A DNA stretch of 64,000 nucleotides from an uncultured Clostridia bacterium (GTDB taxonomy: Bacteria > Bacillota > Clostridia > Christensenellales > Borkfalkiaceae): the NCBI GenBank assembly GCA_944341895.1, contig CALVMB010000001.1, positions 53,677-117,676 on the forward strand, read 5' to 3'. How positions within the stretch are numbered: the stretch's first letter is position 1; each line of letters begins with the position of its first letter. Below are positions 30,201-42,929 of this stretch, one piece after another. The notes beneath the pieces are model-generated. The model made no database searches. It was not told the origin of the DNA and saw only the letters and a list, made by a program, of their open reading frames with translations. The translations under genes were made by a program, and so were the position numbers.

Positions 30201-32429
30201 TCATTTGCGCTTGTTGAAATTGATGAGGCAACCGCTCAGAATGATCTGCCGCTCGTCCGGCGTGAGCGCACCGACGCTGAACGCAACGTCGTGCACGCTG
30301 CCGCCGTGGATGTGCTTGGCGGGGATCTTGTCCGCGCCGTCCGCGATCAGGCGGTCGATGTTCTCGATATAGAAATAATCCCCCACTTTGCATCTGACCT
30401 TGTCGGCGAGCAGCGGCAGCATGCCCCAGTTGATGAGGTTGCTGCGATAGCGCTTGGTCGCATATTCCTTGGCGATGTTGGCAACGCCGCCCAGCACGCG
30501 CTGGCAGGACGCCGCCTGTTCGCGCGCCGAACCGTCGCCCGGCTTCACCGCGACCACGCAACTCCCGTAGATGGTGCCGGGTTTGACCTCGATCAGCCCT
30601 TTGAGCGATTTGATCACCGATTCGGGCAGGGCACCCGTCTCGCGGCGCACGTCTTCGTCCGCTTTGACCGCCTTCGCGCGTTCCACATAGCCTGGATCCT
30701 TGCGCGAAAGCGCGAATTCCGCCAGTTTCATGGGGTTGGAACGGTACGAGGAAGTTTCGCCCGACGGGATGAGTTCGTCCGTCGTGGTGACGGGATCTTC
30801 GAGCACGCTGACCGCCTTGATGAGCAGGTGCTTGCCGAGCGGGATCATCTCCGGCCAGTCGGCGATGTTGGGGCCGTAGCGCAGTTCGGCGTTGCGGTCA
30901 GACTTGCCCGCGCCGTGATAGACGCGGTTGGCATAGATTTGCGCGTCGAAGAAATACTTTTTGACCTTTTTGGTGTACGGCGCCTCGGTGCCGGGGGTGA
31001 GCCTGCCGCCGTTTGCCGCCGTCGCCGCGATGGAACGCGCGTCCATGAGCGCGACCGCCGCCAACTGCCCCGCCGCGGGCTTGCTGCCTTCGCGGCTTTC
31101 GAAGTTGCGGGTGGTGTGGCGGATGGACAGCCCGTTGTTGGCGGGAACGTCGCCCGCGCCGAAGCAGGGACCGCAGAACGCCGTCTTGACCACGACGCCC
31201 GCATCCATCAGACCGCCGATGTAGCCGTTTTCGACCAGCGCCTTGTAGACGGGCTGGCTGGACGGATACACGCTGAGCGAGAAGGCGTCCGCGCCCGTGG
31301 ATCTGCCTTTGAGGATCTCATACGCTTCGGCGATGTTTTCATACATGCCGCCCGCGCAGCCCGCGATGATGCCCTGATCGACGTACACGCCGCCGTCACA
31401 GATCTTGTCGGTGAGCGAGAACGTCCCGTTCGGGCACAGTTTTTTGCCCGCGGCTTCCGCCTCGGCGAGGATCTCGGTGGGGTGTTCGATGAGTTCGCGG
31501 ACGGTGAACGCGTTGCTCGGATGGAACGGGAGCGCGATCATCGGCTCGATGGTCGAGAGGTTGACGGTGATGCCGTAATCGTAGTACGCGGGGTCGGAGG
31601 GATGCAGTTCCTTGAAGTCCTTTTCCCTGCCGTGCGTCTTGTAATATTCGCGCGTCTTGGCGTCCGTCTCCCAGATGGAGGACAAGCACGCCGTCTCGGT
31701 AGTCATCACGTCGATGCCGTTGCGGTAATCCATGGACAGGTTGGCGATGCCGGGGCCGACGAATTCGAGGATCTTATTCTTGACGAATCCGTTGCCGAAC
31801 ACCGCGCCGCACAGCGCAATGGCGACGTCCTGCGGACCGACGCCCTTTTTGAGGTTGCCGCGCAGATACACCGCGACCGTCTCGGGGCGGCGCACGTCGT
31901 ACGTCTGGTTGAGGATCTGCTTGACGAGTTCGGGGCCGCCTTCGCCCACGGCGAGGGTGCCCAACGCGCCGTAGCGGGTGTGCGAGTCGCTGCCCAAAAT
32001 CATGCGGCCGACCTTCGCTTCCACTTCGCGCATGTACTGGTGGATGACCGCCAGGTGCGGCGGGACGAAATCGGCGCCGTACTTTTTGGCGGCGGAAAGC
32101 CCGAACACGTGGTCGTCCTCGTTGATGGTGCCGCCCACCGCGCACAGCGAATTGTGGCAGTTGGTCAGCACATACGGGAGCGGAAATTCTTTCAGCCCGC
32201 TCGCCTTCGCAGTCTGGATGATGCCGACATACGTGATGTCGTGCGAAGTGATCGCATCGAACTGCAGTTTCAGGTTCTGCTCGTCGCCGCGATTGTGCGC
32301 TTTGAGGATGCCGTAGGACATGGTGCCCTTGCGAGCCTTTTCCTTCTGTTCGGACGTCAGAAACGCCTGCCGCTCGCGCACGAGCGCGCCGTTCATGTAA
32401 TAACATCCGCCGCGAATGAGTTTGATCAT
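30201..32429 (-). CDS. Aconitase-family hydratase (YbhJ-like)
   Basis: SHDIT, NCHNSLC, GSDSHT, AGCAGG, CGPCFG Fe-S cysteines, RNFESREG, TTDELIP, GSAREQA. Confidence 0.9.
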   Translation of the reverse strand: MIKLIRGGCYYMNGALVRERQAFLTSEQKEKARKGTMSYGILKAHNRGDEQNLKLQFDAITSHDITYVGIIQTAKASGLKEFPLPYVLTNCHNSLCAVGGTINEDDHVFGLSAAKKYGADFVPPHLAVIHQYMREVEAKVGRMILGSDSHTRYGALGTLAVGEGGPELVKQILNQTYDVRRPETVAVYLRGNLKKGVGPQDVAIALCGAVFGNGFVKNKILEFVGPGIANLSMDYRNGIDVMTTETACLSSIWETDAKTREYYKTHGREKDFKELHPSDPAYYDYGITVNLSTIEPMIALPFHPSNAFTVRELIEHPTEILAEAEAAGKKLCPNGTFSLTDKICDGGVYVDQGIIAGCAGGMYENIAEAYEILKGRSTGADAFSLSVYPSSQPVYKALVENGYIGGLMDAGVVVKTAFCGPCFGAGDVPANNGLSIRHTTRNFESREGSKPAAGQLAAVALMDARSIAATAANGGRLTPGTEAPYTKKVKKYFFDAQIYANRVYHGAGKSDRNAELRYGPNIADWPEMIPLGKHLLIKAVSVLEDPVTTTDELIPSGETSSYRSNPMKLAEFALSRKDPGYVERAKAVKADEDVRRETGALPESVIKSLKGLIEVKPGTIYGSCVVAVKPGDGSAREQAASCQRVLGGVANIAKEYATKRYRSNLINWGMLPLLADKVRCKVGDYFYIENIDRLIADGADKIPAKHIHGGSVHDVAFSVGALTPDERQIILSGCLINFNKRK

Positions 32430-32470
32430 ACCGCCTTTCTCCTTCTGCCTGTACAAAATATCTGCTTTCT

Positions 32471-32499
32471 ATTATAGAACAAGGCGTCCGTTTTGTCAA
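32471..32499 (-). promoter_or_regulatory. Consensus sigA promoter of the hydratase-macrodomain pair
   Basis: TTGACA-17-TATAAT. Confidence 0.85.
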
Positions 32500-32604
32500 A
32501 CGAACGCGCGGAATTTTGGGGCAAAGGCAACGCCCGCGCCGAAAAAGCGCGGGCGTTGCCTGCCGCGGGCAGCGTGCCCGACGGGTTTGAACGGGTGCGG
32601 ACGG

Positions 32605-33021
32605 TCAGTCCGCGTCGTTTTTATGGTGTTTGACCTGCAGTCTTGCGAACGCGCGCTGCAACGCCGCGCGGTTGAGCCGATACTCGGCGGCGGAACGGTT
32701 GCGGCGCATCTGCTCTTCGGCGCGCTCCTTCGCCTCGGCGGCACGGCGCTCGTTGATGTCCTCCGGCCATTCCACCGCCTGCGCAAAGGCGATGGTCTCG
32801 TCGGGACGGACTTCGATAAAGCCCTCGCTCATGAACGCCTCGCGCGTCTTGCCGTCCGCGGTGATGCGCAGCGCGCCCGGCTCGGTGGCAAACACCATGG
32901 GCTGATGCCCGGCAAGCACCGTGCATGCCCCGCCGACGGACGGGATATGGATGCTCTCCACCTCGCCGCGGTAGAACGTCTTTTCGGGGGTGATGATCTC
33001 CAGAAAAAATTTGTTCGCCAT
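32605..33021 (-). CDS. atpC: ATP synthase epsilon
   Basis: LEIITPE, LAGHQP, GFIEV, RAFARL; last gene of the operon. Confidence 0.93.
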   Translation of the reverse strand: MANKFFLEIITPEKTFYRGEVESIHIPSVGGACTVLAGHQPMVFATEPGALRITADGKTREAFMSEGFIEVRPDETIAFAQAVEWPEDINERRAAEAKERAEEQMRRNRSAAEYRLNRAALQRAFARLQVKHHKNDAD

Positions 33022-33033
33022 TGCCGCCTCCGC

Positions 33034-35311
<2,278 letters not shown>

Positions 35312-35312
35312 G

Positions 35313-36860
35313 TCACTGCACCTCTTCCGCGTGCTCCGCCGCGTGCGGCTCTTCCTCGACCGCGAACGCGTCCGCATACTGCTCGGCGGCGGCGAGAATG
35401 CGCGCGCGCAATTCGTCCGACACCGCCGTGTCCGCGTCGATCGCTTCCAGCAGTTCGGCGTGTTCGGCGCGCAGCATATCCAAAAATCCGGCATTGAACG
35501 CCGTCACTTTTTTGGCGGGGATCTTGTCGATGAGGTCGCTCTCGGCGACGAGCAGGAGCACGATCTGTTCGCGCACCGAATAGTTGCGGTACTGCGGCTG
35601 TTTGAGCGTGTCCGTCATCTTGGCGCCACGGCTGAGCGTTTTCTGCGTTTCCGCGTCGAGATCGGAGCCGAACTGCATGAAGATGGCGAGTTCGCGGTAC
35701 TGCGCGAGGTTGACGCGCAACTGCCCCGAAATGCGGCGGATGGCGGCGCGTTGGGCGCTGCCGCCCACGCGCGAGACGGACAAACCGACGTTGACCGCGG
35801 GCCGCACGCCGCTGTTGAACAGTTCGCTTTCCAGATAGATCTGCCCGTCGGTGATGGAGATGACGTTGGTCGGGATATACGCCGAAATGTCGCCCGCGAG
35901 CGTTTCGACGATGGGGAGCGCGGTGATGGAGCCGCCGCCCAGATCCGCCGAAAGTTTTGCCGCGCGCTCCAACAGCCTGGAATGCAGATAAAACACGTCG
36001 CCCGGGTACGCTTCGCGCCCGGAGGGGCGTTTGAGCAGCAGGCTCATCGTGCGGTACGCCACCGCGTGCTTGGACAGGTCGTCGTAGACGATGAGCACGT
36101 CCTTGCCCCGATACATGAAGTATTCGGCGAGCGCACAGCCGCTGTACGGCGCGATGTATTGCAGGGGCACGGCGTCGTCCGCCGTCGAGCACACGACGCA
36201 GGTGTAGTCCATCGCCCCCGTGCTGCGCAGAGTCTGAATGATCTTGGCGAGCGACGAGGCCTTTTGCCCGATGGACACATAGATGCAGATCACGTTCTCG
36301 CCCTTCTGGTTGAGAATGGTATCGACGGCGATGGCGGTCTTGCCCGTCTGGCGGTCACCGATGATGAGTTCGCGCTGCCCCCTGCCGATGGGGATCATGC
36401 TGTCGATGGCGAGAATACCCGTCTGGAGCGGGGTGTTGACTTTGCCGCGGTCCATGATGGAGGGCGCGGGATATTCGACCGGGCGGGTCTGCGTGCAGGC
36501 AGGTTCTTCCATGCCGTCCAGAGGGTCGCCGAGCGGGTCGACCACCCTGCCGAGCATCGCCTCGCCCACGCGCATGTGCACCGTTTCGCCCGTCGAGTAG
36601 ACGAGGTCGCCGAAGCCCACGCCCTCGCTCCCCGAAAGGAGGACGGCGCCGACGCAGTCCGTCTCGAGGTTGAGCGCGAGCGCGCGGGCGCCGCCCTGCA
36701 CTTCGAGCAGTTCGTTGTATTTGACGTCGTGCAGCCCGGAGATGCGGATAATGCCGTCGCCGGAGTAGATGACCCTGCCGCAGACGCGCTCGTCGATGTT
36801 CACGCGGACGTTCGCGATCTTTTCGCGAAGGTCCTTTCCCAATGCGTTGACGTCTATCAT
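35313..36860 (-). CDS. atpA: ATP synthase alpha
   Basis: GDRQTGKT, GREAYPGDVFY, VGLSVSRVG. Confidence 0.98.
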   Translation of the reverse strand: MIDVNALGKDLREKIANVRVNIDERVCGRVIYSGDGIIRISGLHDVKYNELLEVQGGARALALNLETDCVGAVLLSGSEGVGFGDLVYSTGETVHMRVGEAMLGRVVDPLGDPLDGMEEPACTQTRPVEYPAPSIMDRGKVNTPLQTGILAIDSMIPIGRGQRELIIGDRQTGKTAIAVDTILNQKGENVICIYVSIGQKASSLAKIIQTLRSTGAMDYTCVVCSTADDAVPLQYIAPYSGCALAEYFMYRGKDVLIVYDDLSKHAVAYRTMSLLLKRPSGREAYPGDVFYLHSRLLERAAKLSADLGGGSITALPIVETLAGDISAYIPTNVISITDGQIYLESELFNSGVRPAVNVGLSVSRVGGSAQRAAIRRISGQLRVNLAQYRELAIFMQFGSDLDAETQKTLSRGAKMTDTLKQPQYRNYSVREQIVLLLVAESDLIDKIPAKKVTAFNAGFLDMLRAEHAELLEAIDADTAVSDELRARILAAAEQYADAFAVEEEPHAAEHAEEVQ

Positions 36861-36872
36861 AAATTTCCTTGC

Positions 36873-37094
36873 TTACACCGAACGGCGCACGGTTTCCAGG
36901 CGTGCGCGGACGGAGCCGTCATAAATGACGTCTCCGATCTGGATGATGACACCGCCGAGGATGCCGGGATCGATGCAGAAATGGACGTGCGTGCAGCCGC
37001 GGCTCTCGGCAAAGCGGGTGATGCGCTCCGCCGTCTCGTCGTCCGCGCGCATGGCAAGCGTGACGCGAGCCACATGTTTTTCACTGCTCTTCAT
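36873..37094 (-). CDS. atpH: ATP synthase delta, C-terminal domain only (73 aa)
   Basis: IDPGILGGVIIQIGDVIYDGSVRARL; position between atpF and atpA. Confidence 0.85.
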   Translation of the reverse strand: MKSSEKHVARVTLAMRADDETAERITRFAESRGCTHVHFCIDPGILGGVIIQIGDVIYDGSVRARLETVRRSV

Positions 37095-37629
37095 GTTCCT
37101 GCTTGCTCCACTGTTCGATGCTTTCGATGATAAGTTTTTTGTTGTCCTCGGCGGAGATGGATTTTTCGATCACCTTTTCGGCGACGAGAACGGATACGTC
37201 CGCGATCTCCCGCTCGATATCCTTTTGCAGTTTGCGGCGCTCTTCTCCCAGCGAACGCTCGGTCTGTTCGAGCATGCCGCGCGCCTGTTCGCGCGCCTGC
37301 CCGACGATCTCGTCCGCCTTGCGGTCCGCCTCCTTTTTCGCGGCTTCCCGAATGGACGCCGCTTCCTGTCTCGCTTCGGAGAGCACCTTTTCGCCGCTCT
37401 CCTTCATGCGCCGCACCTCTTCGCTCAGTTCCGCGTTTTCCTTTTCGATCTTGGCGACCTTTTCCTTGCGCTCGCGGATCATGCGTTTGACCGGCTTGAA
37501 CAGCAGGAAATACAGCCCCACCGTGAGCACGACGAGGTTGAACAGATGCAGGAGAACGCTCTGCCATTCGAGGCCGAGCGCCTCGAACGGATTGGCGAGC
37601 AGTTGGCTTCCGATGAGTTCCGAAATCAT
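37081..37629 (-). CDS. atpF: ATP synthase subunit b
   Basis: N-terminal TM ending LLFKP, long coiled coil, AEKVI. Confidence 0.92.
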   Translation of the reverse strand: MISELIGSQLLANPFEALGLEWQSVLLHLFNLVVLTVGLYFLLFKPVKRMIRERKEKVAKIEKENAELSEEVRRMKESGEKVLSEARQEAASIREAAKKEADRKADEIVGQAREQARGMLEQTERSLGEERRKLQKDIEREIADVSVLVAEKVIEKSISAEDNKKLIIESIEQWSKQEHEEQ

Positions 37630-37697
37630 TTCACACCTATCTTATGGGGATAGCCCCCCATATCGTATGCGTTTTTCCCTGCCCCGCAGAGATCGGG

Positions 37698-37955
37698 TCA
37701 GGCAACGAAGATGAGCAACAGGCTGACGAGCAGGCCGTAAATGGCGGTCGTCTCCGCAAAGGCGAGACCGAGCAGCAAAATGGTGCGGATCTTGCCCAGC
37801 GCTTCGGGCTGGCGGGCGGTCGCTTCCACCGCCTTGCCGGTGGCGATGCCCATGCCGATGCCGGCGCCGATGCCCGTGACGGCGGCGATGCCCGCCCCGA
37901 GCAGGGCGAGATCGGACGCGAGAAAATTGGTGACCATCGCGATCAAAAGTTCCAT
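37698..37955 (-). CDS. atpE: ATP synthase subunit c
   Basis: GIGAGIG, ARQPE, AETTAIY. Confidence 0.96.
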   Translation of the reverse strand: MELLIAMVTNFLASDLALLGAGIAAVTGIGAGIGMGIATGKAVEATARQPEALGKIRTILLLGLAFAETTAIYGLLVSLLLIFVA

Positions 37956-38012
37956 ATCGTAATTACCTCCGTATGCTGGTAGAAAATGCAGAGCGCGCTC
38001 TGCGGCGCGCGG

Positions 38013-38792
38013 CTATGCCGCGGACTGCTGTCGGCCGTCCTTTCGTCGCTTACGCTCCTTTTTGGGCTTGGCTTCCGCCGCCTCCTGCACGAACGTGAGC
38101 GTCAGCGACGCGAACACGTACGACTGGATGAACGCATGGAAGAGCGTGAACAGGGGCGTCAGCAAGGCAGGAAGGATGAGCGGCAGGCCGACGAACCAGA
38201 TGGACTCGACCAGGATGTACACCATGTCCATGATGACCATGCCGCTGAGGATGCTGCCGAATAAACGGAAGGTCATGGAAACGGGCACGGCGAGGTCGGT
38301 GATGTCGTTGATCGGGTTGACGTAATGCAACAGGCGGCGCGCCTTGTTCTTGTGAAAGCCGATGACGTGGATGAACAGGAAGGTGCACAGCGCCAGCGCG
38401 AGGCAGGCGCCGAGGTCCGCCATGGCGGGACGCAGCCCGAACAGTTCGATGAGCACGCCGCAGCAGATGTACACCGCCGCCCCCAGCGTGTACGGACCCA
38501 TGATGCCGGCGTATTCCTCCGTCAACTCGTCCGCACTTTTGTCGAAGAAACTGACCAGCCATTCGAGGAACATCTGCGGCCCCGTAGGCGTCGTTTTCCA
38601 TTTTCGGATGACCGTGAGACGGAAAATGAGGGCGACGAGCAGGATCGCGACCACCACAATGAAGCCCGAAAACACGCTGGAATTGACGACGAACCAGCCA
38701 GCCTCGATGACGTGGTGCTCGGTATCCGGAAAGATCTCGTCCTTCAGTCCGCTGAAATCGACCGCCAGCAGGCGGGCAACAAAATTGGACAA
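38013..38792 (-). CDS. atpB: ATP synthase subunit a
   Basis: SMTFRLFGSI, FIQSYVF; TTG start chosen after GAGGT (alternative start 38810). No atpI upstream. Confidence 0.92.
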   Translation of the reverse strand: MSNFVARLLAVDFSGLKDEIFPDTEHHVIEAGWFVVNSSVFSGFIVVVAILLVALIFRLTVIRKWKTTPTGPQMFLEWLVSFFDKSADELTEEYAGIMGPYTLGAAVYICCGVLIELFGLRPAMADLGACLALALCTFLFIHVIGFHKNKARRLLHYVNPINDITDLAVPVSMTFRLFGSILSGMVIMDMVYILVESIWFVGLPLILPALLTPLFTLFHAFIQSYVFASLTLTFVQEAAEAKPKKERKRRKDGRQQSAA

Positions 38793-39062
38793 ATCCGTGT
38801 ACCTCTTCAAAAATTTTCAAACAGTATTTTACACCTTTCGCGCGGGATTTTCAAGCAAATCGCCCCATGCGGCGCGGAAAAAATTCTTACAATGCGCCTG
38901 CGCGCACGCGCGGACGGGCGACGGGAACGGATCGTTTTGTGCGGAGGCGGCGCGGAAAAAGACGTTTTCCGGTTTTTTTGGCAATTTGAAGGCAGGCGCC
39001 CTCGCTTTCTTGCTTTTTCGCTCCCCGTATGCTACAATGCGGAAAAAAGGGAGATACGGCAC

Positions 39063-39521
39063 ATGAAGACATATAAATTCAAATTTTCCGTACCCGTGAT
39101 CCTGCTCGCCGTGGCGGCGCTGCTGCTCGCCGTGGGCGCCGCGGCATTCGCCGTGTACCGGATCTGCCGCTTCGGGTTCGCGACGCCGATGCTCGCCATC
39201 CAGCACGTCCTGCTGCTCCTGTTTGCGGCGCTCGCGCTCGCGGTCATCCTCGCGCTGCTCATCCGCTCGGTCTATAAGATCACCGACACGCACGTCGTGC
39301 TCTGGTTCGGGTTCATCAAGACGTCGTACAAGATCGAAAACATCGAATCGGTGCACCTGTTCACCAAGACGAACAAACTGGTGCTCTACTTCAAGGACGA
39401 CCGCTATACCGTGATCGTCGTCAAACCCGAATGGAACAACGAGTTCGTGAAAGAGATCCTCGCGCGGGGCAAGGACATCCGCTACGACGTATCCACCTCC
39501 GAAAAGGACGAGATCTTATAA
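39063..39521 (+). CDS. Two-TM membrane protein with a bacterial PH-like C-terminal domain
   Basis: Two hydrophobic helices followed by a beta-rich YKITD...IENIESV segment; SD GGAG and TG-TACAAT promoter. Confidence 0.65.
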   Translation: MKTYKFKFSVPVILLAVAALLLAVGAAAFAVYRICRFGFATPMLAIQHVLLLLFAALALAVILALLIRSVYKITDTHVVLWFGFIKTSYKIENIESVHLFTKTNKLVLYFKDDRYTVIVVKPEWNNEFVKEILARGKDIRYDVSTSEKDEIL

Positions 39522-39631
39522 ACCGCTGATCGCATCGCTTGGTGCGAAAGCCGCCGCGCAACCCTGCGCGGCGGCTTTTTTGCGGGCGGACGAAAAAAAG
39601 CGGGGCGCAAAACCCCGCTTTTTCGTGTTCC

Positions 39632-40165
39632 TTATTTGAAGTAACGATTGAGAAGGCCGTTGAAGCCTGCGCCGTGGCGCGCTTCGTCCTTCGCCATCTC
39701 GTGCACGGTGTCGTGAATGGCATCGTACCCGAGTTCTTTCGCGCGTTTGGCGATCGCGAGTTTCCCCTCGCAGGCGCCCGTCTCCGCGGCGACGCGAAGT
39801 TCGAGATTCTTTTTGGTGGACGTGGTGACGACTTCGCCCAGAAGTTCGGCAAACTTTGCCGCATGCTCCGCTTCTTCGAAGGCGTACCGTTTATAGGCTT
39901 CGGCGACTTCGGGATATCCCTCGCGCTCGGCGACGCGCGCCATGGCAAGGTACATGCCCACTTCGGTGCATTCGCCCTGGAAATGCGCGCGCAGCCCTTC
40001 GACCACTTCCGCATCCAGCCCCTGCGCTACGCCGACTTCATGCTCGCAGGCAAATTGGATCTTATCGCTCTTGTTTTCGACGGGAACAAATTTTTTTGCT
40101 CCGCAAACGGGGCAGACCTCGACGGAATCGTCGACGAGTTCGCCGCAAACTGCACACTTTTTCAT
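39632..40165 (-). CDS. Reverse rubrerythrin / NADH peroxidase
   Basis: N-terminal CAVC...CPVC rubredoxin-like site, then ferritin-like EEAEHA and DEARH. Confidence 0.92.
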   Translation of the reverse strand: MKKCAVCGELVDDSVEVCPVCGAKKFVPVENKSDKIQFACEHEVGVAQGLDAEVVEGLRAHFQGECTEVGMYLAMARVAEREGYPEVAEAYKRYAFEEAEHAAKFAELLGEVVTTSTKKNLELRVAAETGACEGKLAIAKRAKELGYDAIHDTVHEMAKDEARHGAGFNGLLNRYFK

Positions 40166-40340
40166 AACCGTAACCTCTCGATATATTTTTTCTGCAACGG
40201 GCTCCCCGCCCGTGTTTGCTCCTCTATTGTACCATCGCACGCGCAAAAACACTGTTGCATTTGCAACAAATTTTTGATATTTTCAAGAAATTTGTCAAAT
40301 CGAACATCAAAAAGTTTCGGCGGATTTTTTTGGCGCACTG

Positions 40341-40369
40341 TTGACAGACTTCATTTGGCATGCTACAAT
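40341..40369 (+). promoter_or_regulatory. sigA promoter of the GH43 gene
   Basis: TTGACA-17-TACAAT. Confidence 0.75.
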
Positions 40370-40425
40370 TATAAAGAAGTAAAAAAGCGCAATACTATTT
40401 GTATGCACTGTTACGGAGATAAACT

Positions 40426-41394
40426 ATGGCAAAGTACAACGATCCTTTGGCGCTCGGACGCGCCGACCCCTATGTGTACAAACACACGGACGGCTTCTAT
40501 TACTTCACGGCGACCTATCCCGCATATGACCGCATCTGCATCCGCAAATCGGCGACCATCAACGGGATCACCGACGCGGAAGAAAAAGTGATCTGGCGCA
40601 AGCACGACGAAGGCGTCATGGCGTCGCACATCTGGGCGCCCGAACTGCATTATATCGACGGAAAATGGTACATCTATTTTGCCGCCGGCGAAAGCGAGAA
40701 AAAATGGGAGATCCGCCCCTATGTGCTCGAATGCACGGGCCAGGATCCCCTCAACGATCCCTGGATCGAACTGGGAATGATGAAGGCGCACCGCACCAAT
40801 AAGCGCAACAAAAACGGATTCGACCGCTATTCCTTTACCGACTTTTCGCTGGATGCGACCACCTTCGAACATCGCGGCAAGCGCTACTTCATCTGGGCGG
40901 AAAAAGTGCACCGCCGCTTCGGCATTTCCAACCTGTACATCGCCGAACTGGCGGCGCCGAACGAACTCAAGACCGTTCAGGTGCTCCTCTGCACCCCCGA
41001 TTATGACTGGGAACGCATCGATTTCTGGGTGTGCGAAGGCCCCGCGGTGCTCAAACACGGCGGCAAGATCTACGTGACCTATTCCGCTTCCGCGACGGGG
41101 CAGATGTACTGCATGGGCATGCTGACCGCCGATGAAGACGCCGACCTGCTCGACCCCAAATCGTGGACGAAGAGCCGCTACCCCGTGTTCAAGACCGACC
41201 CCGAAAAGAAGATCTTCGGCCCGGGGCACAACTGCTTCACGACGGGCGAAAACGGCGAAGTGCTGTGCATCCTGCACTACCGCGACTATTCGGACAAATA
41301 TATCTCGGGCGATCCGCTCAACAACCCGGACCGCCACGCGCACGTCATGGAAGTCACCTTCGACGAGAACGACGCGCCCGTATTCAAAATGTAA
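40426..41394 (+). CDS. GH43 glycoside hydrolase (alpha-L-arabinofuranosidase-like), cytoplasmic
   Basis: RADP, IWAPELH, LDAT, EGP, GPGHN; no signal peptide. Confidence 0.92.
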   Translation: MAKYNDPLALGRADPYVYKHTDGFYYFTATYPAYDRICIRKSATINGITDAEEKVIWRKHDEGVMASHIWAPELHYIDGKWYIYFAAGESEKKWEIRPYVLECTGQDPLNDPWIELGMMKAHRTNKRNKNGFDRYSFTDFSLDATTFEHRGKRYFIWAEKVHRRFGISNLYIAELAAPNELKTVQVLLCTPDYDWERIDFWVCEGPAVLKHGGKIYVTYSASATGQMYCMGMLTADEDADLLDPKSWTKSRYPVFKTDPEKKIFGPGHNCFTTGENGEVLCILHYRDYSDKYISGDPLNNPDRHAHVMEVTFDENDAPVFKM

Positions 41395-41407
41395 CAAAAC
41401 AAGCAAC

Positions 41408-41438
41408 GAGGCAGGCGCCGTACGGTGCCTGCCTTTTC
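41408..41438 (+). terminator. Intrinsic terminator after the GH43 gene
   Basis: AGGCAGGCGCC-GTAC-GGTGCCTGCCT-TTT. Confidence 0.7.
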
Positions 41439-41611
41439 GTCTGCCCGCGCGCGCAAAACCCGACCGCACGCGGGCAGACAAAAACCCGCGGCGTACGGCA
41501 CAAATCACACCGCCCGAACGGAAAACCCGCCCCCGCGGACAGTCCCCTTTTCCCGAATGCAAACCTCGTTCGGCAGAAAACAAAAGCCCCTCCGCGCGGA
41601 GGGGCTTTGCA

Positions 41612-42724
41612 TTATTTTTTGGTTTTGACGAGGGCGCGGTACGGTTTGATCAGCCCTTTGCCGATGAGGTATTCGTCCGTGCGGTAGGCATAATGGAAAT
41701 CCATGTAGATGCACCCGACGTCCGCCAGTTCCATGCGGTGCGCGAGCAGGTCGAGCAACTCTTTGATGCGGCGCACGGCGCGGCGGCTGGTCACTTTGAG
41801 GCGCATGGGCGTCTTGGCGTGCGACTTTTTGTCGGACACGTCCTCGAAACGGTAGCGGCTGTCCTCGAATTCGGCGGGATCGAGCGCGAGATAGATGGAA
41901 AGCGTCTTGCCCGCGATGCCGAATTTGGCGATGCGCTCTTTGCCGACGCGGAAATTTTCACTGCCCTTGCACAGGCGCGCCTTGACGCCGCCGTAACCGA
42001 GCAGGGCGTTTTTCAGTTCGGTATAAAAGTCCTGAATGCCCGCGTTCTGGATGAGTTTGGACTGGAAAGAACGGCGGTACCGCGTGACGTATTCGTAGCC
42101 CGCGGGCGCGTCCGCCAAATCTTCTGCCGCGATCTCCTCGACCGCCGCGGCGCGCAGCGCCTGTTCGGTCTCTTCGTTTTCCCGCGGCGCGTCCGCGGAG
42201 CATGCTTCTGCGCCCTCGGCTTCTGCCGCGGCGACTTCTTCCGCCGCTTCCCGCTCCGCCGCGCGTTCCTCTTCCGCGGTGAACGCGCTTCGGGCGCATG
42301 ATCCGTCCGTGCAGGCAGTATCCTGCGCGGCGGCGCTATCCGCACAAGGTTCCGCGCAGGCATTCACGCAAGCCGCGTCGGCACGGGCGGCATTCCCGTT
42401 TGCGCCTTCCGCGCATTCCTCTTCCTGCCCGCACTCCGCGCAGGGGCTCGCTTCGGCGGCGCTCTCCGCGTTCTCTTCGGGGCATCCGTCCGCCTGCGCG
42501 GCGCACGGCTGTCCCTCGTCCGTCTCCTCTTCCAGCGCGCTCTGCAACTGCCAGCGGAACTTCGCCTTGGCGCAGGGATGAATCTCTGCCTTGATGCAGT
42601 GCGAACACCATTCCATCGTGCCGCACAGGTCATGCCCCGCGCGTTCGCTGGCAAGCCATTTGTCGACGTCGATGATCCTCTGCAACCGTTCAAACTCTTC
42701 CTGCGGGATCCCGGATAGATTCAT
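41612..42724 (-). CDS. Hypothetical protein: 4-Cys N-terminal motif, acidic linker, C-terminal DUF5655/YjbR-like domain shared with the upstream gene
   Basis: DLCGTMEWCSHCIKAEIHPCAKA; YRRSFQSKLIQ...DVSDKK aligns by eye with the neighbour; own TTGCAT-17-TATACT promoter. Confidence 0.75.
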   Translation of the reverse strand: MNLSGIPQEEFERLQRIIDVDKWLASERAGHDLCGTMEWCSHCIKAEIHPCAKAKFRWQLQSALEEETDEGQPCAAQADGCPEENAESAAEASPCAECGQEEECAEGANGNAARADAACVNACAEPCADSAAAQDTACTDGSCARSAFTAEEERAAEREAAEEVAAAEAEGAEACSADAPRENEETEQALRAAAVEEIAAEDLADAPAGYEYVTRYRRSFQSKLIQNAGIQDFYTELKNALLGYGGVKARLCKGSENFRVGKERIAKFGIAGKTLSIYLALDPAEFEDSRYRFEDVSDKKSHAKTPMRLKVTSRRAVRRIKELLDLLAHRMELADVGCIYMDFHYAYRTDEYLIGKGLIKPYRALVKTKK

Positions 42725-42929
42725 ACGTTCTCACTCACCTTATGATTATTCGCCGCATACGTCCGTCTCATTTTTCACCCAACAGTATAGCGCAAATCCG
42801 CGGCAAATGCAACCGTTCTGCACCGCCTGCAGGCGCAAAACAGTGATAAAATCCGCGCCGCGCGGCATGTTTTTGCACGGCGGCAAAACGCGGGCGCCCG
42901 ATCGGGCGCCCGCGCCATGCGTTGTGTGT

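Noticed and set aside
36857-37084. Alternative 75-aa ORF between atpF and atpA
   Set aside because: The overlapping frame 36873-37094 carries the delta signature.
40385-40412. AraR or cre operator upstream of the GH43 gene
   Set aside because: Only a half-site match (ATTTGTA); not supportable.
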